Assembly (NCBI GenBank): GCA_950097015.1
Contig: CATNEN010000001.1
Span: 26,908,001 to 26,972,000 of the forward strand
Length of the DNA stretch: 64,000 nucleotides
From: Macrostomum hystrix
Taxonomy: Eukaryota; Animalia; Platyhelminthes
Direction: 5' to 3'
In this document: in pieces, positions 34,943-47,400 of the stretch
Layout: every line of letters starts with the position of its first letter
Numbering within the stretch: position 1 is the first letter of the stretch
Program-made: the position numbers and the translations under genes
The notes under the pieces: model-generated
The model's input: the letters and a program-made list of their open reading frames with translations, nothing else
Told to the model about the DNA's origin: nothing
Database searches by the model: none

Positions 34943-36453
34943 CAGCCACACAGGTCTCAGCCACACAGGTAGTAGTCTCGGCCACATAGGTAGTAGTCTC
35001 AGCCACATAGGTAGTAGTCTCAGCCATGCAGGTAGTAGTCTCAGCCACACAGGTAGTAGTCTCAACCACACAGGTAGTATATAGTCTCAGCCACACAGGT
35101 AGTAGTCTCAGCCACGCAGGTAGTATTCTCAGCCACACAGGTAGAAGTCTCAGCCACACAGGTAGTATATAGTCTCAGCCACACAGCTAGTAGTCTCAGC
35201 CACACAGGTAGTAGTCTCAACCACACGGGTAGTAGTCTCAACCACACAGGTAGTATATAGTCTCAGCCACACAGGTAGTAGTCTCAGCCACACAGGTAGT
35301 AGTCTCAACCACACAGGTAGTAGTCTCAGCCACACAGGTAGTAGTCTCAGCCACACGGGTAGTAGTCTCAGCCACACAGGTAGTATATAGTCTCAGCCAC
35401 ACAGGTAGTAGTCTCAGCCACACAGGTAGTAGTCTCAACCACACGGGTAGTAGTCTCAACCACACAGGTAGTATTTAGTCTCAGCCACACAAGTAGTAGT
35501 CTCAGTCACACAGGTAGTAGTCTCAGCCACACGGGTAGTAGTCTCAACCACACAGGTAGTATATAGTCTCAGCCACGCAGGTAGTAGTCTCAACCACACA
35601 GGTAGTAGTCTCAGCCACACGGGTAGTAGTCTCAACCACACAGGTAGTATAAAGTCTCAGCCACACAGGTAGTAGTCTCAGCCACACAGGTAGTAGTCTC
35701 AACCACACGGGTAGTAGTCTCAGCCACACAGGTAGTAGTCTCAACCACACAGGTAGTATATAGTCTCAGCCACACAGGTAGTAGTCTCAGCCACACAGGT
35801 AGTAGTCTCAGCCACACAGGTAGTAGTCTCAACCACACAGGTAGTAGTCTCAGCCACACAGGTAGTAGTCTCAGCCACACGGGTAGTAGTCTCAGCCACA
35901 CAGGTAGTATATAGTCTCAGCCACGCAGGTAGTAGTCTCAACCACACAGGTAGTAGTCTCAACCACACAGGTAGTAGTCTCAGCCACACAGGTAGTAGTC
36001 TCAGCCACACGGGTAGTAGTCTCAACCACACAGGTAGTTTATAGTCTCAGCCACGCAGGTAGTAGTCTCAACCACACAGGTAGTAGTCTCAACCACACAG
36101 GTAGTAGTCTCAACCACACAGGTAGTAGTCTCAGCCACACAGGTAGTAGTCTCAGCCACACAGGTAGTAGTCTCAGCCACACAGGTAGTAGTCTCAGCCA
36201 CACGGGTAGTAGTCTCAGCCACACAGGTAGTATATAGTCTCAGCCACGCAGGTAGTAGTCTCAGCCACACAGGTAGTAGTCTCAACCACACAGGTAGTAG
36301 TCTCAGCCACACAGGTAGTAGTCTCAGCCACACGGGTAGTAGTCTCAACCACACAGGTAGTATATAGTCTCAGCCACGCAGGTAGTAGTCTCAACCACAC
36401 AGGTAGTAGTCTCAGCCACGCAGGTAGTAGTCTCAGCCTCGCAGGTAGTAGTC
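34943..36453 (-). repeat. 21-bp array (GACTACTACCTGTGTGGCTGA)n forming the 3' flank of the minus-strand WSC gene
   Basis: About 70 units; 25-bp GACTATATACTACC variants recur every 3-8 units as a higher-order structure. Confidence 0.95.
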
Positions 36454-37149
36454 TCCAGCGATCCTGCTCAGGCTGGCAGGAGGGTAGGCGAACCTGAGCA
36501 GGTGGCACAGCTGCTGCTGCTGAGAGAAGATCACAGCCTGGCAGTCGGAGCTGGGCTGGCACTGGACCAGGCAGCTCAGTCTACTTGTGGAGGCGCTGGC
36601 CCACACAATGACATTGCTAGCGTCAACCGTTTTAGTAGGCCGGGATGACTTCGAGAAGCAGTTGTTTTCTGTAAGGAGAATTCAGAACAAGCTTTACAAC
36701 TGCAGCTCAAGTTGAAGCATGGGACCATACAAGCCAGAGCACAACCCACTGGGGTAGGTGAGAGCGAACACCGAGTTCCGGTGGCCACCGCCACAAACTT
36801 GGCTTGCATCGCCGTTGCAGCTCGTGCTGCAGTTGCCTTCGCTGACTGCTCCCAGCGATCCGTAGGCTCTGCCGCAGAAGCACTGGTACCCCGCCTGCAC
36901 CCCGAAGTACGGGAAGCCGCCGAGACTGCAGAGGCCCGCGCAGAACTGGGGCGTCATGCTTCCAGTTCTGATGCCGAGGCTGGAAACGGAAAAACCACCA
37001 AGTTTTATAACACCAGTGAGCCCGTCCAAGTCTCTGTTACTGCCCTTGTCCTTGTAGCAGCCGATGTAGGAGACCTGGAACAGCCGGCCAGCCACGCAGG
37101 CCAGGACGGCGCACGCAGCCAGCAGTGTGTGAGTCAGGCGTAAGCTCAT
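36433..37149 (-). CDS. Secreted WSC-domain + PAN/apple-like protein, 211 aa, 2 exons
   Basis: Exons 37149-36750 and 36668-36433. Signal peptide; WSC YIGCYKD..RDL..MTPQFCAGLC..YFGVQAGYQCFCG..CSTSCNGDASQVCGG..NSVF; C-terminal C-x3-C-x5-C-AVIF-x5-LCHL; ends GDYYLRG*. Confidence 0.88.
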
Positions 37150-37490
37150 TGTTTAGTGACTGCTTCAGCCGTCAGGTAAGGAGAGCAATGACCTATGCGG
37201 CTACCTAGAATTTAAACTCATCTTGCTTTCAAGCCTATATTTCACGGCAGAAATTTCGTCCTCAAACCACAGATTCAACCAATGAAAGCAGCCATTAAAT
37301 ATTGTTATTGGCAAACAATGGTTGCCTTCAAGCTAAGTTAGAAAATTTGCCCAACTAAGTCACTCGCAGACAGGCCTCGTTGTTTCTCACTCCTAACTTT
37401 GGCCCTTTTAATCCTCACGGCCGCCAAGAAAGTGTTTTTAGTCGTGTCAAGACGGGTTTATAAAGACTGCCTGCAAAAATGCGTCCTTAA

Positions 37491-37866
37491 TGCGTAAGAA
37501 ACAAAGCATTACGGTACTAAATAGCCCATTGTACTCGTAAAACTATCGTGATTTCAAAGCCCGTAGGTACAACAAGTTTTATTCACGCCTCACCGCAAAC
37601 TATTCGCTAACTATTCGTTCATGGCTAAGAGGCCGACGCTAAGGACGCCTGTGACTCTGTGAGTGAATGACTGAGTGACGACGCGGGAGACGCCGGGAAA
37701 CTCTAAACTACCAGACGGCAGCCACCGAACAGGGTGATCGGCGACCGCCTCAGCATCGGCAGCGAGGAAGTCGGCCTACCCCGCCATGCGCAGCTCCACT
37801 CAGGCTTTTATCCGCTGCACCGCATGAGCTCCGACATCGAAGACCGCTGCCGAGACTATACGGACA
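37491..37866 (-). mobile_element. Possible solo LTR
   Basis: TGTCCGTA...TACGCA ends with internal GATAAAAG and AATAAA; TSD only partial (CTTAA / GTTAG). Confidence 0.35.
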
Positions 37867-38376
37867 GTTAGGCCACTGAACACAGAATTTCGGTTATCGC
37901 CACAGCGAGAAATCTGAATCCTTTCACCAGTGCAGTTCCTGTCACAGGGACTCTCACTCGCCAGTCCATCAAATCAGTATGAGCTGCCGCATAGGAACTC
38001 AGATACGACTTTGCACTGTTCTCCGAAGCAAAAGGAATACTTAAAAGCATGTCCAAAGCGGTTTTTATCCCGTTGTCGGCACGGCATCAATCATTGATCA
38101 TCATGCATTGATCTGAGGAAGTTCCTACATGTAAGCCTACATTCCTACATGTCGCCAGTAAAAATAGGTATATTACATTTGAAGCATTGTTGCTAAATAT
38201 CATCTCCACCATGCAATTAACGACTTTTTCTTGTTGCAATCGACAACTCTAACTGCAAAACATTTTAAGGCTGTTTTAAAATCTACTACTTCAGTAGTAG
38301 AAAAGCTGCATATACGAGTAGTTTGCTGCCGATTAATTAGGCTCGCCATGAGAAAATAGCGAAATTGATGCACGAG

Positions 38377-39105
38377 CAGGTAGTCAGTAGTGTAGTCTCA
38401 GCCACACTGCAGGTAGTCAGTAGTGTAGTCTCAGCCACACTGCAGGTTGTCAGTAGTGTAGTCTCAGCCACACTGCAGGTAGTCAGTAGTGTAGTCTCAG
38501 CCACACTGCAGGTTGTCAGTAGTGTAGTCTCAGCCACACTGCAGGTTGTCAGTAGTGTAGTCTCAGCCACACTGCAGGTTGTCAGTAGTGTAGTCTCAGC
38601 CACACTGCAGGTTGTCAGTAGTGTAGTCTCAGCCACACTGCAGGTAGTCAGTAGTGTAGTCTCAGCCACACTGCAGGTAGTCAGTAGTGTAGTCTCAGCC
38701 ACACTGCAGGTAGTCAGTAGTGTAGTCTCAGCCACACTGCAGGTTGTCAGTAGTGTAGTCTCAGCCACACTGCAGGTTGTCAGTAGTGTAGTCTCAGCCA
38801 CACTGCAGGTTGTCAGTAGTGTAGTCTCAGCCACACTGCAGGTAGTCAGTAGTGTAGTCTCAGCCACACTGCAGGTTGTCAGTAGTGTAGTCTCAGCCAC
38901 ACTGCAGGTTGTCAGTAGTGTAGTCTCAGCCACACTGCAGGTTGTCAGTAGTGTAGTCTCAGCCACACTGCAGGTTGTCAGTAGTGTAGTCTCAGCCAAA
39001 CTGCAGGTAGTCAGTAGTGTAGTCTCAGCCACACTGCAGGTTGTCAGTAGTGTAGTCTCAGCCACACAGGCAGTCAGTAGTGTAGTCTCAGCCAAACAGG
39101 CAGTC
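38377..39105 (-). repeat. 33-bp derivative of the 21-bp WSC repeat, about 22 copies, lying between the two WSC genes
   Basis: GTAGTCTCAGCCACACTGCAGGTAGTCAGTAGT shares GTAGTCTCAGCCACAC and CAGGTAG with the 21-mer. Confidence 0.93.
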
Positions 39106-39250
39106 AGGCTGACCTCAACTGCCTGACTGAGTCTTAGAGACTGTGTGAAGCATCTCTTCTCTACTCGAAACTCCGTTGAGGTACCCCAGTGAGCCTCTAT
39201 TTCATTTATTTTTAGAAGCCAAATGCCACCCGGAACTCAAAACTCCTTCT

Positions 39251-39311
39251 ATTGGCTACCTTTGTCTGATTGGAAGCTGGACAAGAAGCACCTGCTTAGT
39301 TATCCTATAAA
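39251..39311 (+). promoter_or_regulatory. Core promoter candidate for the plus-strand WSC gene (two reverse CCAAT boxes and TATAAA)
   Basis: ATTGG at about 39251 and 39269; TATAAA at 39306-39311, about 60 nt upstream of ATG 39369. Confidence 0.5.
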
Positions 39312-39368
39312 TGAGCTTTGGAAACCAGGCCAGGTGCTGAATCAGAATCAGAAATTCAGCATCGCACC

Positions 39369-40056
39369 ATGCTTCTGGTCTCCACTCTCTGCTGCGTTCT
39401 TGTCTGCCTCGCGGCTGCCAGGGTGGTTGAGTTCTCCTACCTGGGCTGCTTCATTGACAACAAGTCAGGTGAGAGAGACTTGAATGCCCTTAATGGAGTG
39501 AGCAACATTGGCGGGATTCCGTTCAGCTGGAGCAGCAGCATGTCCCGCCAGCTCTGCAGCACCGTCTGTGCACTGGGCGGGTTTCCTTACTTCGGGCTGC
39601 AGTTCGGGCACGAGTGCTTCTGCGGCCTGTCTTACGGGTCTCAAGGAGCTGCCGATGAGACCGACTGCAGCAAGCCGTGTCCGGGAAACTCAGCACAGAA
39701 GTGCGGCGCGGCGAACCGCAACTCGGTGTTCGCCCAGACCTACCCCAGTGAGTCTCGCTCACAGGTTACTGCTACTTGAGCTTGTAATTGCCTCCGAGAT
39801 GCTCACTCAAACTGCTTCAGATAAGAACTCGTTCATCAAAAAGCAAAGGCCAAGTCAGACAGTGGTGGCCACAACAGCCACCTTCTGGACATTCGCTGCG
39901 ACATCCAGCATCGAGTGCACCGCTCTGTGTGGAGCTAGTCCTGTCTGTCCAGCTGTGGTCTTCTCTCAGCAGCAGCAGCTGTGCCACCTGCTCAGGTTCG
40001 CCTACCCGCCTGCCAGCCTAAGCAGCATCGCTGGGGACTACTACCTGCGTGGCTGA
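39369..40056 (+). CDS. Secreted WSC-domain + PAN/apple-like protein, 204 aa, 2 exons (paralog of 36433-37149)
   Basis: Exons 39369-39747 and 39821-40056 with the same phase-1 intron after TYP. Signal peptide MLLVSTLCCVLVCLAAA; WSC YLGCFID..YFGLQFGHECFCG; ends LCHLLRFAYPPASLSSIAGDYYLRG*. Confidence 0.88.
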
Positions 40057-42456
40057 GACTACTACCTGTGTGGCTGAGACTACTACCTGTGTGGCTGAGA
40101 CTACTAGCTGTGTGGCTGAGACTACTAGCTGTGTGGCTGAGACTACTAGCTGTGTGGCTGAGATTACTAGCTGTGTGGCTGAGACTACTACCTGTGTGGC
40201 TGAGACTACTAGCTGTGTGGCTGAGACTACTACCTGTGTGCCTGAGACTACTAGCTGTGTGGCTGAGACTACTAGCTGTGAGGCTGAGACTACTACCTGT
40301 GTGGCTGAGACTACTAGCTGTGTGGCTGAGACTACTACCTGTGTGCCTGAGACTACTAGCTGTGTGGCTGAGACTACTACCTGTGTGGCTGAGACTACAA
40401 CCTGTGTCGCTGAGACTACTACCTGTGTGGCTGAGACTACTAGCTGTGTGTCTGAGACTACTAGCTGTGTGGCTGAGACTACTACCTGTGTGGCTGAGAC
40501 TACTACCTGTGTCGCTGAGACTACTAGCTGTGTGGCTGAGACTACTAGCTGTGTGGCTGAGACTACTACCTGTGTGGCTGAGACTACTAGCTGTGTGGCT
40601 GAGACTACTAGCTGTGTGGCTGAGACTACTAGCTGTGTGTCTGAGACTACTAGCTGTGTGGCTGAGACTACTACCTGTGTGGCTGAGACTACTAGCTGTG
40701 TGTCTGAGACTACTAGCTGTGTGGCTGAGACTACTACCTGTGTGGCTGAGACTACTACCTGTGTGCCTGAGACTACTACCTGTGTGGCTGAGACTACTAC
40801 CTGTGTGGCTGAGACTACTACCTGCGTGGCTGAGACTACTACCTGAGTGGCTGAGACTACTACCTGCGAGGCTGAGACTACTAGCTGTGTTGCTGAGACT
40901 ACTACCTGTGTGGCTGAGACTACTAGCTGTGTGGCTGAGACTACTACCTGTGTGGCTGAGACTACTACCTGTGTGGCTGAGACTATATACTACCTGTGTG
41001 GTTGAGACTACTACCTGTGTGGCTGAGACTACTACCCGTGTGGTTGAGACTACTAGCTGTGTGGCTGAGACTACTACCTGCGTGGCTGAGACTACTAGCT
41101 GTGTGGCTGAGACTACTACCTGTGTGCCTGAGACTACTAGCTGTGTGGCTGAGACTACTACCTGTGTGGCTGAGACTACTACCTGTGTCGCTGAGACTAC
41201 TAGCTGTGTGGCTGAGACTACTAGCTGTGTGTCTGAGACTACTAGCTGTGTGGCTGAGACTACTACCTGTGTGTCTGAGACTACTAGCTGTGTGGCTGAG
41301 ACTACTACCTGTGTGGTTGAGACTACTACCTGCGTGGCTGAGACTATATACTACCTGTGTGGTTGAGACTACTACCCGTGTGGCTGAGACTACTACCTGT
41401 GTGGCTGAGACTACTAGCTGTGTGGCTGAGACTACTACCTGTGTGGCTGAGACTACTAACTGTGTGGCTGAGACTACTAGCTGTGTGGCTGAGACTACTA
41501 CCTGTGTGGCTGAGACTACTACCTGTGTGGCTGAGACTACTAGCTGTGTGGCTGAGACTACTAGCTGTGTGTCTGAGACTACTAGCTGTGTGGCTGAGAC
41601 TACTACCTGCGTGGCTGAGACTACTACCTGTGTGACTGAGACTACTACCTGCGAGGCTGAGACTACTACCTGTGTGGCTGAGACTACTAGCTGTGTGGCT
41701 GAGACTACTACCTGTGTTGCTGAGACTACTACCTGCGTGGCTGAGACTACTAGCTGTGTGGCTGAGACTACTAGCTGTGTGTCTGAGACTACTAACTGTG
41801 TGGCTGAGACTACTAGCTGCGTGGCTGAGACTACTACCTGTGTGGCTGAGACTACTACCTGCGAGGCTGAGACTACTACCTGTGTGGCTGAGACTACTAC
41901 CTGTGTTGCTGAGACTACTACCTGCGTGGCTGAGACTACTAGCTGTGTGGCTGAGACTACTACCTGCGTGGCTGAGACTACTAGCTGTGTTGCTGAGACT
42001 ACTACCTGCGTGGCTGAGACTACTACCTGTGTGGCTGAGACTACTACCTGTGTGGCTGAGACTACTAGCTGTGTGGCTGAGACTACTAGCTGTGTGGCTG
42101 AGACTACTAGCTGTGTGGCTGAGATTACTAGCTGTGTGGCTGAGACTACTACCTGTGTGCCTGAGACTACTAGCTGTGTGGCTGAGACTACTACCTGTGT
42201 GCCTGAGACTACTAGCTGTGTGGCTGAGACTACTAGCTGTGTGGCTGAGACTACTACCTGTGTGGCTGAGACTACTAGCTGTGTGGCTGAGACTACTACC
42301 TGTGTGCCTGAGACTACTAGCTGTGTGGCTGAGACTACTACCTGTGTCGCTGAGACTACTACCTGTGTGGCTGAGACTACTACCTGCGTGGCTGAGACTA
42401 CTACCCGTGTGGCTGAGACTACTACCTGTGTGGCTGAGACTACTACCTGTGTGGCT
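40036..42456 (+). repeat. 21-bp array (GACTACTA[C/G]CTGTGTGGCTGA)n starting in the last codons of the plus-strand WSC gene
   Basis: About 115 units; the first unit is the coding GAC TAC TAC CTG CGT GGC TGA. Confidence 0.95.
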
Positions 42457-43869
42457 ACCTGTGAGGCTGGGAATGCAAATTGTGCGTCTGGGATGACGTA
42501 CATTTGCATGCAAACCACATGCGTGCATGCAGTTATAAGTGATAAGTACAACTTGTAATGCTTGCAATAGCTTGTTTGTCGTGAATGCAAGAAAAAGTTT
42601 CTTTTTGTTTTTTTTTAATATGGGAGGGAAATATTTTTTCACTGTCGCAACTCAATGGCATTTAAAAATGAGGTGTTGCTTTTTCGATTTGCTGATAAAA
42701 CGCAGCGCGTCCTGCCCGGCTGTCTCACTCTAGTCACACCAGTGAGCTAGCTGATACTGCCAGTATGCATCAAAGTTGTCTAATGGACTGCAAAGTCGCC
42801 CATTTTCCGGTGTTAATAAGTTACCAACTGATGATTGTCGCATGCACCCGAGCAATGCTCTTAACCATTTCTCGTGACTTAATCATCACCTGTAGCCTGG
42901 GTTACCGCGCTCAGCCCTAGTGATAGTTGCAGTTGACTTCTCCATGTTTTCAAGCAGTCTCTTCAAGCAGTAGCCTCAATGAAGTCTCCATTGAGATTTC
43001 ACAAAGTGTCTACAGACCGTAAACCAAACTAAATCACGTTTTTATGAGTCTCATCAGTATGAGCGAAGCAGCTCAGAGAGCAGGCTCATCCCGGATGCCG
43101 TCTCTACGGAGTCTCGCGCTTCGTATCTTCTTCTCGAGTTACTATGCTCATCGGAGCTGGCTCGGTCTCGGCCCGCGATGGTATCTTGCATTTAAACCCT
43201 TTGGAAGCCATCTGAGCTCCGCAGGTGCAAACCAAGCTCAATTTTGAAAATTTCAAACGTTTATATCTTTGTGTTTACAAGGTTGAAAAGCAGGGTCTTT
43301 GTTTCTACAGCAAAGTGAAGGTTTGCATGATGCTCGCACCGTGCAGTGACCTTTTAGGCCAGACAATTTGACAAATGTAGGTCATACCTAAAGCAGGCGA
43401 GTTTTGATTGTTTATACGAACAGAGCCTACTTTTATTCAAGGAGCAATCTAAAATTTAAGGTTCGCGTCTCTTCCAGACTACTTTTAATCAAGTCAAGTA
43501 GTACATACAGCAAAATGCGCATTGCTAAACATGTGCTTGGTTGCTAATATTTTACACTAATATTAGCGTTAGGCCTGCTAACGACATGACAAGACTGAAT
43601 TTCTGTTTCTGTAAATATAAGCGAATTCATTAAACTCAGGCCTCTGATCCAGATTCCTCAATCATACTGCGTTGAATAAGAGACATTGCCAATATCCCTG
43701 TTTCCTGGTTCATATTAGGAATATCACTTAATTACGCGCAATAGAAGCAAAGAGGCATGATCATCAAAAGGACATCACTTGATATACCCCGCTTGATGCT
43801 AACTCAGAACTTACTCTTGAGCTGCTGTCACTTTAGCTCTCAGCATTATGGCTTTCTCATTAGGTGAGT

Positions 43870-44427
43870 CGACTACCTGTGTGGCTAAGACTACTACCTG
43901 TGTGGCTGAGACTACTACCTGTGTGGCTAAGACTACTACCTGTGTGGCTGAGACTCCAACCTGTGTGGCTGAGACTACTACCTGTGTGGCTGAGACTACT
44001 ACCTGTGTGGCTGAGACTACTACCTGTGTGGCTAAGACTACTACCTGTGTGGCTAAGACTACTACCTGTGTGACTGAGACTACTACCTGTGTGGCTGAGA
44101 CTACTACCTGTGTGGCTAAGACTACTACCTGTGTGACTGAGACTACTACCTGTGTGGCTGAGACTACTAGCTGTGTGGCTGAGACTACTACCTAAGAGGC
44201 TGAGACTACTACCTGTGTGGCTGAGACTACTACCTGTGTGGCTAAGACTACTACCTGTGTGACTGAGACTACTACCTGTGTGGCTGAGACTACTAGCTGT
44301 GTGGCTGAGACTACTACCTGTGTGGCTAAGACTACTACCTGTGTGACTGAGACTACTACCTGTGTGGCTGAGACTACTAGCTGTGTGGCTGAGACTACTA
44401 CCTAAGAGGCTGAGACTACTACCTAAG
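43870..44427 (+). repeat. Third 21-bp array of the same family with no adjacent WSC ORF
   Basis: About 26 units with GCTAAG variants; abuts the BEL integrase end. Confidence 0.93.
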
Positions 44428-44434
44428 AAAATCC

Positions 44435-47400
44435 TTAGGTTATTTCAAGCGGAACGAGAGCTTGGATTGGTCGCCTGAGACGCTCCCATCGCCGGCAATC
44501 CCTCGCTCCAGCAACCCTCAGGACCGCAGACCGCACGACAACTTCCCGACCAGGCTTTACCTCTTCAATCACTCCCAGCTTCCACTTCATCCTGGGTTGG
44601 TGGGCCTCGCCCGAGATCAGTACTACTCCCCCCACCTTTGGCGTTCGACCTTGAAGATGGTGTTTCACCGCCTTTTCACGCAGAGCCTCTAGGTAGGAGG
44701 TCCTCCACTGATTCCAAAACCAACCTAACGCTGCTCGCAGCATCTTGAATCGTCGAGGCAAGGGAAGCACTGTTTCGGACTCAGACGATTCGATGAGAGT
44801 TTCTGTTGGCTCTCGTGTGAGACGAGCAGCCGTGATGAAATGTGATGGAGTGATTATCTCCATAGTCTCACCTGATGAGACACAGAAGCGGACGGCAATT
44901 CACCACGGCCTCGACTTCCAGCACGAGTGTTAACAACTGATCGTACGTGAGTAGCAGTCGACCAGCGGCCTTCTTAAGGGTCACCTTGATGATAACGACC
45001 AGCCTCCCCCAAAAGCCTCCCCACCACGGAGCCCGCTCTGGAATGAAATGCCAGGCGATTCTTTTCGACGAACAGAAGTCCTGAAGATCTTCAGAGACGG
45101 ACGCGCCGATAACTTTGGCAGCCGCACGGAAAGTTCTGGCGTTGTCACTTACTACAGATGGGATGCCTCTGCGAGCTACAAAGCGGCGAAGAGCATGTAG
45201 AAACTGATCGCTCTCCATGCTGGTTACCAGCTCGATGTGAACAGCGCGAGTCGCAGAGCATGTGAAGAGCAAAATGTAACACTTTGCAGAAGCGTTACCA
45301 CCCTCCCCCGTCCGATAGAGGATCGGACCAGCATAGTCCAAGCCCACAGTCTGGAATGCTCTGACATCTGACAAACAAAACGGAGGGAGCTGCGTCACAT
45401 GGTTCACTGTGAACGGCCGTCCCTGGAGCTTCCGGCAGGTCACACACTCTGAGACAATCTGTTTCACCCGCTGTCGGGCCTTCAGAACCCAGAAGCGTTC
45501 ACGAATTTTACAAATTGTTGCAGAAACTCCCCCGTGAAAAATGGCGTGATGGCAATGTCAGATAATGAGTGTCTCTAGCTGACTCTTACCAGGTATCAGT
45601 ACAGGATCGTTCGTCTCAAACGGAACCGTGTCGTTGAGTCGACCTCTCGAGCGGATGAGTCCATCGTCGCCCAGAAACAACTGCAGATTTTGGACGAGTG
45701 TAGTGCGAGGACCAACACCCTCAAGATGTTTGACTTCTGGCACAAGAAAATTGGACTGAGTATCACGAAGAATGTTCACCTCTGCGGCTTGAATCTCTGC
45801 GGTAATCAGCGACTTTCGCAGATTCACTGGCGAACCAGACTTTGCTTGCTCGAACATTGCTAACGAAGCGGCGCACCCATGCCACCACACGAGTCAGCTT
45901 TGTCCGCGAAGAATAGTTGTGAATGCCTAAAATGTTCAGAATACTCTTTTCAGTCGAGCTATCAACGCTTTCTGGTGTCTCTGTAGTCACCAGACAATAG
46001 TTTTGCTCAAGACAATGTTGCGCAGGTTGAAACCCGAGCGACGCATTGTCGACGCTTCGAGTAGAATCGTTGTCAAAGCCGCTACAGTGATCGACTGACT
46101 GCAAGAACCCTGGACCCTCCTGCCACATTGAATTGTTCACAAGACTATCGGGTAGGCAACCTCTTCATGGAATGTCCGCGGGGTTACCGGACACCGAAGA
46201 GAGCTTGCGAATCTCTGCGACACGATTTCGAACAAAGACTGGACGAATCCGAGTTTCCTGAGTAATCCACTGCAAAGCATTCATGCTGTCTGTCCAAAAG
46301 TGCATTTTAACTCCAGGAAATTGAGAGGAAACAAAGTCCATCCGCCGACCCAAAAGAAGCGCACCGAGGAGCTCTTAACGCGCAATGCTGATGTCTGTTA
46401 GAGGAGCGACACGTGACTTTGCCATGATGAGCACAGATGAGGCATAGCCGCGATCATGGTCCACCACCCGAAGATAGACAGCAGCGGCGTCGGCACGCTC
46501 ACTGGCATCAGAGAAGCCATGGAGCTGAACCTCCATGCTGTTGGCCTTGACGGCCTCAGGTATGACGCAACGCGGAACCTCGAAGTGAGTCTTCCGGAGC
46601 GAGTCAAGCCAGCGGGACCACTGCGACGCAATGTCCATCGGTAGTAGCTCATCCCACCCAAGCTTTTGTGCGCATAACTGTTGAAATAGCGTCACAGCTG
46701 GGGAGAGGAGGCCAAGTTGATCAAACAGTTAAGCAAGTACTGCTAGCATCGATCGCTTCGTGTGTGGCCGCTCTGGAATAGAGCTTAGAACTGCACGAAA
46801 GTCAAAATGCAGAGTGTCCTTTGCGGCATCCTACGGAAGCCCCAAGACTTTGTTAGACTTGCTGAGATCATTCTCAGGTAAACTAGATGTAAACAGCTCA
46901 GAGTTTGAGTGCCACTGTCTTAAATTCATTCCAGCTAAACTGAAAATTCGTTTTGAATTCTAGTAGAGTAATTTTGCATATTCTATGGAGTCGCAGATAG
47001 TGACAAAATTGCCCACATACAGATCCTTTTTAAGAGTGTCTGTGACTTCAGGAAGTCTGTTTTGTGACAGTAGAAGTGGTGCAGGATGGTAGCCCGGAGT
47101 ATTCGAGAATACTTCCTCCTGCTGAGCACCTGACGAACCCTGAGTCCACAGAAAACGAATTGAATCACGATCGGACTCGTCAATGCCGATTCGGAGAAAG
47201 GCTTTTTCAGTATCAGCTAGGATAGCGATCTGCTTCAGCTGGAAACGAATAAGAATTTGCGGTATTTGCAGAAAATTCGTCGGAACAACCTGGAGAAAAT
47301 CGTTGATTAAAAAGTCGCCTGAATGAGTCCTCGCCAACCCGTCAAAGACAATGCGGAGCATCGTATGTTCACTGTCCGCTTGGAAGACACAACTGTGTGG

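Noticed and set aside
39981-42642. Long ORFs (AETTTCV)n, (WLRLLPV)n, (VVSATQV)n and (SSLSHTG)n as independent genes
   Set aside because: They are by-products of a 21-bp satellite that is open in several frames on both strands, with no proper start context. Kept only as a frameshift/read-through hypothesis.
34943-44427. Regular repeat arrays as CRISPR
   Set aside because: Head-to-tail units without unique spacers, no cas genes, and a eukaryotic context.
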